Positions 15,001-24,581 of a stretch of DNA of 64,000 bases are shown here, piece by piece. Source of the DNA: Amoebophrya sp. A120 (lineage: Eukaryota > Protista > Dinoflagellata). The first letter of the stretch is position 1. Each line of letters opens with the position of its first letter. Below the pieces are notes generated by a model. The model saw only the letters and a list, made by a program, of their open reading frames with translations. It made no database searches and was not told the DNA's origin. The DNA lies in the NCBI GenBank assembly GCA_905178155.1, contig CAJINV010000006.1:4030130-4094129 (forward strand), written 5' to 3'. Both the position numbers and the translations under genes were made by a program.

Positions 15001-18000
15001 ACCAGCAGGTAGAAAAACTTCATCAGGCGCATATTGTGAGAAAAAATCCCCCCTCCGCGTATCAAGATGGATATTTGTGATGCTGACATGCGGCCACAAA
15101 TCAGATTTGTCTTGCACAAAGTGCTTGGTGGTATTTTCGAACTACCCTGTTCGGGTATGCAGAAGGCTAGCAATTAGGCATGGCAAACAGGTTTTCAGTA
15201 GTCGAAAGCGCACGAGAGACTGGCTGTAGAGTGAGCCACTAGGCTCCTATCACCCGATAGGCAAGACAAAGGTGATTTGCGGTCACAAATCAGCATCACA
15301 AATTGCCATTTTGATATGTTGGGGAGGGGGAATTTTTCACTTTGATAGTGCACGGAAAATTTGAAATCCGCGAGGACGTGGATGTTGTGGTTAATCCGCT
15401 TTTCGTTGTACAACCGTTTCAAGTAGTGGATGTTGGACGGAATGAACTTTTTTTTGTCCACCAACTCCGGCAGCGAGTCCTCGTTTTCCGGGTTGCCGAC
15501 AATCTTGTCCTCGTCGCGGAGCGGTTCGCCATTCAAAGCGTGAATCAGTAAATGTTCTTTGTATTTCGCGGATTCCGCCCGGACGTCCCCGGCGATCGAG
15601 GCCTCAGACAAGGGGTCGACGTCCTCGGACGCGTCGCGGCCGTCCACCGTGTCGGCCAGTTTGATCCCGCCCTCTATGAAATGCAAAAGCATCGTACTTC
15701 TAGTATGAATTGCATTACAAATTGACTTAGCATTACAAATGATATTTGTAATGCTGTTTTACCTTGGGAAAGAGATTTGTCAAGCATAACAGCAATTACT
15801 ACCAGTACGATACTTTTGCAGAGCATACCTTCAACTTTGTATTGATAGGAATCATGGATCTCCTGTTCAAACGGGTCCCCGGTGATTGATTTTTCCGGCA
15901 TCTCTTCACTGTCCAAGTGCTCCTCATCGTCCTCCTCGGTGGTAAAAAGTTGCTGCTTGTGCTTCCGGATCTTCTTTCGCTGTTTTGTGCTGGTCTCGAC
16001 TTCTAGAAAAGAGGAGGACGCTTCGTTTTGCAAGGGGAGGAACGACTGCTCGTTCACTTGCAACAATTCCTGGTCGACACTGGGGTCGAAGTCCTCATCC
16101 AACTCCTGCTGCATCTGGATCTGCTCTGGCGTGATGGATTGCTGTCCCGACGGAGAAATAAAATTCCTTTTTTTTGCCTTTTTCTGTGCATTTTTCGCGG
16201 AACTGGAAGATTTTTTCGCCTTAACACCCATCCGCTCCTTCCTCTTCTGCGCTATCTTCGAACGAATACGGTTATCAAATGCAAAAATGTCTGGGTCTGG
16301 AAGAATTCCTGTTTGTCATGCTTGTCTGGCATGACTCTTAAATCTGTCATGCACGTTAGCCAAGAGCTCCGTTTTTCTGTGATGCAGAAGCACAGTTTGT
16401 CATGCAGAATAGGCAACACCTAGGAGCTCAGAAATTTGTCATGCTGAGCCAGCATTTGTAGCCTCATCATGAGACGCCACCCAGCATCACAAGTTTCCAG
16501 ACCCAGACATTTTTCCTTTTGATAACGGTTGGAGTGGAACCATTGCTGCAGGTCCTCATGCGATTTTACTACTCGGTGCTTGTTCCTTCTGGTATGGCGG
16601 AGTCGTTTTGACAATTTTTTTTCCTTTGTCATTTTATGTCGTTGATCGAGCTGGATACTGCTGGAGGCGGAGGCGGAAGAAGATGCTGACGACGACGAAT
16701 CCAACGAGCCAATCTCCCCCGTTCGTTTCCACACGAGCAATTCCTGGCTCGTTTCGTAATCAAAATCTTCCCCGGAAATAACGCAGTACCTTGGTTCCGT
16801 TCTTGGTTGGTCCAGGGCCGACTCTCCCGCCGGGAACATGCCCTCGTCCGCGGGGTTGGCCATGTGAAAGGTTGAAGCGAACACTACGGAGTCATCCCCC
16901 AAGGCCTGCAAAATCGTGTTGAAGTCCCCCACTCCGAGCCCATAGGGTGCCTTTTCGATCAAGTCGTGGATGTAACTGATGTATGAATTGCAAAAGTATC
17001 GCACTCGTCGTATAAATGCATTACAAATTTCCTGAGCATGGGAAATAAAATTTGTAATGCGGATTTGCCTCAAGGAAAAGATTTGTAATGCATGACTGCA
17101 ATTACGCTTTTGCAGTGCATATGATGATCGTTTCGTCACAGTGCATTTTCACCTCCCCAGGATCGTCCGGAATGATCCGCACAATCTTCGCACCGTTATG
17201 GATTGCAAATATATCTGGGTGCTGGTCTGGGAGACATCGAGATTTGTCATGCTAATGTGGCATGACTCTGGGATCTGTATTGCGTGGCAAGAACCAAGAG
17301 CTCCGCTTCCCTGTCATGCAAACACGCAGTTTCTCATGCGCAATACGCAACACAGAACCGTGAAGAAACTTGTCATGCTTGGCGGCGCAACATAATTACA
17401 GTGTATTCTATTTTATTATTCATATTCAGCGACTTGCATCACAAGTTTCCAGACCTACAGACCGACGATATTTGCCATGCATACCCGTGCTCCGACTGCA
17501 ATGCGTGGTCATCGGGGGAGCACTTCAACTTCTCCGGGATTCTGGTCAGTTGCAGCGGTTTTCCATAGTCGGAGAGGTTGCCGTCGTCGGGGACAAACCC
17601 GACGAGACAGATCCGCCTCTTCCCGTTATTCATCACAAAGTTGTGCAGCGCGTAGTCCAGCGCCGGTGCACCACCCTTGACGTGCGGAATCACGTTGCGA
17701 ATCTGCCCGCGGATCTTCCCCGGGTGGAGCTTGTTGTGATGTTCTTGTTCGTGGTGATGTGTCTTTCTGTTTTTCTTGTGGTGCTCGTGTACCATCTCGT
17801 GGGTGACCTTCTGCTGCCGTTTCCGCTGCATGAACGTGGTCGACGTTGATTCGAATAACCGTTCGAGGAAGGAACTAGCGCCCTGTTGTTCCTTCTTGTC
17901 TTTCTTCTTCTTTTTTTTCTTCTTCTCCCCTCCTGCATTGTTGTTTTCTTCTCCCATCACAGCCGCCGTGACGTCTACAGCTCCGGGGTCTGCGTCGACC

Positions 18001-20949
18001 GGGGCCTGCTCTCCGCCCGCTTGTTCCACCTGCTGCGCGACCTGGCCGTTGGTTCTGGCGTGCGGATCTTCCAGCTTCCGCCGCTCAACTTCGTCGAGCG
18101 TGCCCGGCATGTAAAATCCGTCCACGTCAGACGCCAGCATATCGATGTGCGCGTCCAACGACCAGAAGGCCGCGTCGTATCAACTGCAAAAGTGTCTGGG
18201 TCCTCTGGAAACATGATGCAAAACTTCTCATGCTTGGCCGACAGGAGACAAACATCTGTCATGCGTGTCGCTGCAATACAGTCCTACATTTTTGCTATGC
18301 AAAAACGCAATCTGTCATGCGGGTTACAACTCAAGACGTCGTCATAGAGCAGAGCCTTGTCATGCGTGGCCTCGTATTGACCGTTGCTTCTCTTATGCGG
18401 ACATTCGCATCACAACTTTTTTCACAGGTGGACCCAGATCGATTTGCAGTGCATACGTCGACCTTCTCGCTGAGCTCGTACTCCATCTCCTGCCTGGAGT
18501 CGTTCGCTATCCTGTGCAACAATTATATCGTACTTCTAGTAATTGCAATCACGCATGACAAACGTCCTTCTTGAGCTGAGTCACCATGACAAATTGCATC
18601 TTCAATGCTGTTGAGGAGCAAATTTGTAGATTTGTAATGCAACTACTACTAGTGCGATGCATACTTTTACAATGCATATTCACGATAATCATGGTTTCCG
18701 CCCGCAGGTCCATCAAAATGAACATGGAAACGACAAGCACCAGCCACACCGTCCAGTGAATACAGAGCAACCCGCCCGCCGAGGGCGTCCGTTTCTCCGG
18801 ATGGACAAACACCGTGTAGCCGCCGAAGTAAAAACCTGTGCAATAAAGCAGATGGATTTGATCTTGTCATGGTGCGCAATACGGTATAATTGCAACCATG
18901 TTGCTTTCTCATGCAGAAACAACAAGCGAATCTACTTTCGTAGCAGCCTTCTTCAGGCAGCGACAGCATCAAAAAAAGCAGTTTCTCATGACAAAAAACC
19001 AATAGAATTGATTAGTATCAATACCGCTGTCCGATTTCATCTCATCTTCATCCATTGGCGGCTTCTCGATCCGGTGCTCTTCGTACTTTTGGTAGAAGAA
19101 GATCCGAATTCGCGCGATGGTGAAAAACGTCGTCGCCAGCAAGCACAGGCTGGCGAGCCACACAAACTGGTAGGAAAAAACGTCGTACATCGACAGTCGC
19201 TCGGGCACCGCGTCCAACCTTTCGCCAGGGTAGGTGGCGTGGTAGAATTCCAGGTAGTCGTAGATGAAGAACATGCCCCGCATTTCTTATGCATTGCAAA
19301 AGCACCGTACTAGTATAAATCGCAATACAAATTTTCTCAGAAGGAGATATCTAGTTTGTAATGCTGATTTGGCTAAGAAACAAGATTTGTCATGCATGAT
19401 TGCAATTAGTACGAGTACGATACTTTTGCAGAGCATATTTCTTCAATCTCCGCGATTTTCGCGTACGCCTTATCGCAAGAAAAAACTGTTTCACTGTGAA
19501 CTTGTGATGCAGAGAATGGAGCACAGAACTATTTGTCTTGCTACACCTGCAAGAACACATTGGATTTTCAAGCGTGTACTTATTCCCTTGGGAAGCGCGC
19601 ATGACAGACTTGTTTCAGTGTAGTGTGTAACAAACTTGTAATGCTGCAAAACTTGCAAAATCATCACAGTGAAACAGTTTTTTCGTGGGATACGCCTGGT
19701 TCGTAAAGTACTCAATGCCCGTCACCATCCCGACGTGCTCGGCATGCGCCACGTCGAAATGAACTGGTTGATGCGCGTGGACGACTTTTCGCTCCTCACC
19801 ATCATGACCTGCTGCACCTCCGGGCGCGGATTTTTGCAGCAAGGAGGAAGCGACGGACGTTCGGGACTGTTCGTCGCTGAGGATGTCCAAAGCGTCGTCC
19901 TTGGTTTGCTTCGGCAGGTTCAGTGTGTCGTCGGAGAAGGCATTGGGAATCTGATTCTCGGTGTTGTCTGCGCCGGGTTCTGATTCTCCGTCTGCAGTGA
20001 AAGCAATGTCGTCGTCCGGCTGGGTGGTCGGCTTTATTACCTGTTGCTTCGCTATGCTGCCCCGGAGGTTGCGCTTCACTGGTTTTTGATTTTGCGACGT
20101 TGCAGCGGCAGAAGAGCTTGACGAGAGTGTCATCTGCTGCTGGCTGTAAACACGGCTCTTCCGGCTGTTGCCGCGGAGGTTGCGCTTCTTCTGCTCGAGG
20201 AAGGAGGAAGCGTTGTTCTCTTCTACTTTTGGTTGTGGTTCAGCGGCGCCTTCGTCGTTGCCCTCTTTCTTGGTCGGGGGCTCTACTACTTCTGCCTTTG
20301 CTTCTTGCACTTCCGCATCGGGAGCACCACCTTGTCCCCCCATCACTGGTTGCTCGACGGGTTCTATTTCTTCGCCTTCTGCGACTTCCTTCTTCTCCGC
20401 ATCAGCCGGATTTTCCTCAGGCGCACGTACCGGATTTTCAGCGGGTGATTCCGTTGGTTCTTCCGCCGTCTTTGTTACTGCTTCCCCATCTGCTCCGTCA
20501 CTACCTTCAGCAGTCGTGCCTGCTAGGTTCTTCTTTTGCTGGATGAACGATGAAGATTCTTCTGGCCCGCTTGGTCTTGGTGGTACTCCTGCCCCATTCG
20601 TTCCCGGTGGTGGTGGTAGTGGTGGACCTTCGTCTTCTTCCTGTGGAGATTCTGGAGGAGATGGCTCTTTCTCCTCCACTGGTACCGGGTCTTTCTGGAG
20701 CTCAGGTTCGGGCACTGGTTCCTCACCTTCTTTCGTCTCGTCCTGCTTCGGTTCTTTTGGTACTGGATTCTCTGCGGAATCTGGCTCTCCCTCTTCCGCG
20801 TTCTGTGCTTCTTCACCATCGCCTCCTTCCGGCTGCAGAAAGGAGGTGCTTTCAACTTCCGCAGCCGCCACTGTCTCCTCCGACCTGGCCGGCCAGAGGG
20901 TTCCGCCGGCGACGATGAATATGGTAAGGAATCTTACCATACTCACCAT
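1..20949 (-). CDS. Giant multi-exon ion-channel-like protein: signal peptide, extra TM, three 6TM pore repeats, IQ motif; 3' end outside window (~3,800 aa visible)
   Basis: One continuous frame from ATG 20949 (MVSMVRFLTIFIVAGG) after removing 38 TIR elements plus one TSD each and 4 GT-AG introns (18836-19024, 9014-9168, 7137-7239, 109-368). Joins ORFs 19615..20985, 18969..19283, 17439..18158, 16420..17139, 15674..16231, 13689..14354, 11924..12535, 9102..10079, 4071..5498, 2282..3007. Pore loops FLNFNGEFP (~14020), LTLTGEAPW (~11355), IHSTGDYP (~1970); IQ motif AAITIQKTWRMYR (~900). Confidence 0.8.
568..717. mobile_element. Introner family B (TIR TATNNNNTGCAAAAGTATCGTACT, ~150 bp)
   Basis: TIRs; degenerate TSD TTATG/TCATC; frame restored. 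Confidence 0.8.
934..1083. mobile_element. Introner family B
   Basis: TSD CCCGT. Confidence 0.9.
1127..1388. mobile_element. Introner family A (TIR TATCAAATGCAAAAATGTCTGGGTCTGGAA)
   Basis: TSD GCTTC. Confidence 0.9.
1449..1684. mobile_element. Introner family E (TIR TATGAGAGTGCACAACTCCCC)
   Basis: TSD CCCCG. Confidence 0.88.
1755..1964. mobile_element. Introner family D (TIR TATCCAAGAAAAAAACTGTGTAAGTG)
   Basis: TSD GGTAG; splits the GDY/P pore motif. Confidence 0.9.
2096..2367. mobile_element. Introner family A
   Basis: TSD GACGG. Confidence 0.9.
2846..3101. mobile_element. Introner family A
   Basis: TSD AACCA. Confidence 0.9.
3384..3635. mobile_element. Introner family A
   Basis: TSD AGAAC/AAAAC. 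Confidence 0.88.
3859..4119. mobile_element. Introner family A
   Basis: TSD CGCCC. Confidence 0.9.
5496..5707. mobile_element. Introner family D
   Basis: TSD TCCGT; left end CAT. Confidence 0.88.
5753..6005. mobile_element. Introner family A
   Basis: TSD GCTGC. Confidence 0.9.
6227..6375. mobile_element. Introner family B
   Basis: TSD CCGCC. Confidence 0.9.
6416..6668. mobile_element. Introner family A
   Basis: TSD GCTTC. Confidence 0.9.
7341..7628. mobile_element. Introner family C (TIR TATCCTGAGTAAAAACGTCCCC)
   Basis: TSD AGCCG. Confidence 0.9.
7659..7812. mobile_element. Introner family B
   Basis: TSD ACTGG. Confidence 0.88.
7961..8281. mobile_element. Introner family F (TIR TATNNNNNGGAAAAATCCCCC)
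   Basis: TSD TCCGC. Confidence 0.9.
8348..8603. mobile_element. Introner family A
   Basis: TSD GGAAG/GAAAG. Confidence 0.88.
8672..8933. mobile_element. Introner family A
   Basis: TSD TCTTG. Confidence 0.9.
10204..10412. mobile_element. Introner family G (TIR TATCGCAAGAAAAAACTGTTTCACTGTGA)
   Basis: TSD CGTAC. Confidence 0.9.
10603..10888. mobile_element. Introner family C
   Basis: TSD TCTTC. Confidence 0.9.
10958..11218. mobile_element. Introner family A
   Basis: TSD AGGCT. Confidence 0.9.
11395..11681. mobile_element. Introner family C
   Basis: TSD CCTTC. Confidence 0.9.
11732..11946. mobile_element. Introner family D
   Basis: TSD GGTTT. Confidence 0.9.
12362..12640. mobile_element. 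Introner family C
   Basis: TSD TCGCG/ACGCG. Confidence 0.85.
12860..13075. mobile_element. Introner family D
   Basis: TSD GCGGG/GGGGG. Confidence 0.85.
13580..13844. mobile_element. Introner family A
   Basis: TSD AAACG/AAAAG. Confidence 0.85.
14358..14560. mobile_element. Introner family I (TIR TATCGNAGGAAAAAAGTGTTACAG)
   Basis: TSD ACGTC/GCGTC. Confidence 0.88.
14704..14961. mobile_element. Introner family A
   Basis: TSD GAGGC. Confidence 0.9.
15032..15347. mobile_element. Introner family F
   Basis: TSD GCGCA/GTGCA. Confidence 0.88.
15675..15827. mobile_element. Introner family B
   Basis: TSD CCCTC/CCTTC. Confidence 0.88.
16273..16524. mobile_element. Introner family A
   Basis: TSD ACGGT. 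Confidence 0.9.
16982..17121. mobile_element. Introner family B
   Basis: TSD TGATG. Confidence 0.9.
17197..17483. mobile_element. Introner family A
   Basis: TSD ACCGT/CCCGT. Confidence 0.85.
18178..18455. mobile_element. Introner family A
   Basis: TSD CGTCG. Confidence 0.88.
18508..18678. mobile_element. Introner family B
   Basis: TSD TTCGC/TTCAC. Confidence 0.85.
19288..19437. mobile_element. Introner family B
   Basis: TSD TTTCT. Confidence 0.9.
19471..19692. mobile_element. Introner family G
   Basis: TSD CGCCT. Confidence 0.9.
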
Positions 20950-21700
20950 CGTCGCCGACGAAGAAATCAAAGTTATTTTCACCAATTATTTGAATTGCTG
21001 TTGATGTAACTATCACATTGTCACGTAAACAACGTAATGTTGTTTCAAAAACAGTTATTATAGTTTTGGATGTGATGTGGTAGGTAGTTCGTTGTAACCA
21101 AAAGTAGTCTACTACTACTGATCAACCTCCTCTCTACCACTACGTTGTGGGGGTGAAATTTGGAATTTGGTTCATGTAGTCAAGGAAAAGTGCGTGACGA
21201 TTCATGTGAATCGCTCCCACGATTTAAGATTGTGGAGTTTCAGATGCGAGCGATTTGTACGAGATAACTCCTTGTGTTTTTACACTCCACGACAAGCAGA
21301 ACCCCTCACATGCTTGCACGACTTTTTCTGGAATTCATCCTTTTGCTTTTTCGTTGCATTTTCCTCTTGTTTTTCTCTCATCAAGTCCTCTCCCAATGAA
21401 ACAGAAATAAAAACTCACGACAGGTTTACATTTTTGCAACAACGATAAGCACAAGCTCAAGCAAGCGACTGAGTATGATACTAGTAAGTACGTCTCTCCA
21501 GCCTAGTTAAGTACGACGGAAGACTGAACACGAGGCAGGTGAAGCAAGTGTGTAGGTTGTAGAAGCTCTAGTCATGCGAGATCGAGATTTTCGCTGTCTT
21601 GGTTGAGATTAGAACCTGATTTTGTGCTCAGTAGTACTACTTTCGTGACGGATTCAGAACTTGACATTCGCGAAGATGCGTTGTACAATAGATCTGTCTG
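20055..21700. repeat. Segmental duplication copy 1 (upstream region and N-terminal coding part of the channel gene)
   Basis: Near-identical to 23570-24510; the second copy lacks roughly 20210-20900. Confidence 0.85.
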
Positions 21701-23809
21701 CACTGGTTTTAATGTTTGGGAGCTCATTTTGCAAACTTGTCGTATCCTCGTACTCCGTCGCCTTATTCTCCGCCCCGTAACCGAATATGACGGGCATGAG
21801 TCGCTCGACAAACATACCGGCCTCGTTTATCAAATGTAAAAATGTCTGGGTCTGGAAACTTGTGATGCTGTGTGGCGTATCATGAGGAGGCGACAATTGC
21901 TGGCTCAGCATGACAAGTTTCTGAGCCTCTAGGTGTTGCCTATTCTGCATGACAAACTACGTTTCTGCATGACAGGAAAGTGGGGCTCTTTGGTAATGTG
22001 CATGACAGATTTAAGAGTCATGCCAGACAAGCATGACAAACTTGCATTCTTCCAGACCCAGACACTTTTGCATTTGATATCGTTTCCGAAGCTACCACCA
22101 GTCGAGCATTCCTGGCCCACCTCCCGGTAGAGTTCCTTCTTCCTCTGCAGCAGGAGGACGCTCGTTGTGGACTGGGCGCCCTTCATTCCCGAAAAATAGT
22201 TCCCGGCCTGTTCCCAGGCCGGCTCCCGAATCCACGATTCGTACCAGGAGCGCAAATTCATCGGATCCACGATCGTACCGCTCGGCGACACCGGGGGACG
22301 AAACCGGGCCCGGGCAATCTTATGTCCGTCGTACTCCGCGATGAGAAAGGAGCCTGCATCGGCCAAATAATCAACAGACGGATCTTCCAAATGCGCCGAC
22401 GGAAAATTGTAGTGATTGAAGTAGGCCCGCGACTTCCCCACCGAGAGCGGATCCTGCCGAAAGGCGTTCCGAATTGTGTCAATTCGGTTGTGGTCAAAAC
22501 CGGGAAACGGCAGGTAATGCAGACGGAGATAAGGCGACGCGCTTGCAGATCTGTTACGAGCAACTTCTTGCTCTTCGTCCATGGTGATAGCGCTTGGCCC
22601 CAATCGCTCCGAAGGTGAAGTCTGCAGAGGGTACAGTGCCTGGATCTCGTCGTACTTTTCGTACGTGTAATTTGCAAAGGACGCGGTCTCGCGACCGTTA
22701 TTCGGCTGCTCCGTGCACACCACCCGTCCACCGCCGCTCCAGCGCGTAGCGGTGACGTCACTGCGGCCCGCCCAAAACCGCCCCGCCTGTGCCCCGACAA
22801 AGTGGTCGCAGGGCCCACCTTCACGGAATTTCGCTGCTGACAGGTGCCTCAGCGCGGTCGAGGTCGTGGAAGCTGTGGCCGCAGTGGTCTCAGGCTGTAG
22901 TAAAAAATCATCGTCCTTCACGAGCAAATGCAGCTGGCAGTTCATGTTTTCCGTCTCCTCCAGTAGTTGTATGAGTCCCCGCTTCGCCGACTCCGAATAA
23001 AAGTCGTCGACATAGAACGCAACAATCAGCCTATCAAATGTAAAAATGTCTGGGTCTGGAAGAATGCATGTTTGTCATGCTTGTCTGGCATGACTGTTAA
23101 ATCTGTCATGCACGTTACCCAAGAGCCCCACTTTTCTGTCATGCAAAAACGCAGTTTGTCATGCAGAATAGGCATCATATAGAAGCGCAGAAACTTGTCA
23201 TGCTGAGTCAGCACTTGTGATACGCCACCCAGCATCACAAGTTTCCAGACCCAGACATTTTTGCAATGCATACAGCCAGCACGGGTACAACTTCTTCGGC
23301 GGTGCCGAGAAGGTGAAGGAGAACAAAGTAGCAGTCGTGGCATTAGAAGTAGTTGCACTGCTCCTACCTTTCGCTGCGCGTAGTAGTGCTAGTGACCCTA
23401 CCGATTTTTCTTGCTCCGGCGCAACTCGTCCCCGGCCTGAAGATAATTCTAGTACGGTTTCGTTCGCCGCGGCGCGACCAGGAGCAGTAGTTCTTGTACC
23501 ATGACGACCAGCGGAACGACCCGAAGTAGACGAAACACGTTCTTTCGTCAAAAAGAATCGCAACATGCTCCCGCGGAGGTTGCGCTTCACTGGTTTTTGA
23601 TTTTGCGTTGCAGCGGCAGAAGCGCTTGACAGTGTCATCTGCTGCTGGCTGTAAACACGGCTCTTCCGGCTGTTGCCGCGGAGGTTGCGCTTCTTTTGCT
23701 CGAGGAAGAAGAAGGAGGTTGCTCTTCCGGCTGTTGCCGCGGAGGTTACGATGAATATGGTAAGAAGCGTTACCATACTCACCATCGTCCCCGACGAAAA
23801 ACTTGACAT
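21654..23809 (-). CDS. Secreted DUF3431-like protein, 3 exons, with N-terminus paralogous to the channel gene
   Basis: Frame restored across elements 23032-23272 and 21828-22079; stop at 21654. Motifs NNGRETASFANYTYEKYDEI, PFPGFDH and AGMFVERLMPVIFG resemble DUF3431 (recalled, not searched). Start ATG is 23809 or 23785. Confidence 0.6.
21828..22079. mobile_element. Introner family A
   Basis: TSD TCGTT. Confidence 0.9.
23032..23272. mobile_element. Introner family A
   Basis: TSD CAGCC. Confidence 0.9.
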
Positions 23810-24510
23810 CTTCACCAATTATTTTTGAATTGCTGTTTCCGTAACGGTTACATTGTCACGTAAAGAACGTAATGTTGTTCCAAAAACAGTTATTAATATA
23901 GCTTTGGATGTGTGGTAGTTCGTTGTAACCAAAAGTAGTCTACTACTACTGATCAACCTCCTCTCTACCACTACGTTGTGGGAGTGAAGTTTGGAATTTG
24001 GTTCATGTAGTCAAGGAAAAGTGCGTGACGATTCATGTGAATCGCTCCCACGATTTAAGATTGCGGACTTTCAGGTGCGAGCGATTTGTACGAGATAATT
24101 CCTTGTGTTTTTACACTCCACGACAAGCAGAACCCCTCACATGCTTGCACTTTTTCTGGAATTCATCCTTTTGCTTTTTCATTGAATTTTCCTCTCGTTT
24201 TTCTCTCATCAGGTCCTCTCCCAATGAAACAATAACCTACAATTTTGCAACAACGATAAGCACACCCTCAAGCAAGCGACTGAGTATGATTATAGTACGA
24301 CTCTCCAACATAATTAAGTACGACAGAGGACTGAACACGAGGCAGGTGAAGCAAGTTTGTAGGTTGTAGAAGCTCTAGTCATGCGAGATCGAGATTTTCG
24401 CTGTCTTGCTTGAGATAGCCTGATGCTGATTTTGCTCAATACATAGTACTACTTTCGTAACAGATTCAGAAATTGAAATTCGCGAGGCGTACTTACAAGA
24501 GGTCTGTTTA
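23570..24510. repeat. Segmental duplication copy 2
   Basis: Same long stretches as 20055-21700 (e.g. GGTTCATGTAGTCAAGGAAAAGTGCGTGACG); ORFs 21167..21448 and 23998..24369 translate almost identically. Confidence 0.85.
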
Positions 24511-24581
24511 TCCCAGCGCCATGTTGACTGCGCCGCGCGTGAGACTACAATTGCTCTTGGGCAGTGCAGCCAGCAACAACT

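Noticed and set aside
1-20949. Pseudogene destroyed by MITE insertions
   Set aside because: No stop or frameshift remains in any exon after rule-based removal of ~40 inserts, which implies selection on the spliced product.
4252-21004. Long plus-strand ORFs such as 20168..21004 and 4252..4644
   Set aside because: Antisense shadows of low-complexity E/K/D-rich minus-strand exons.
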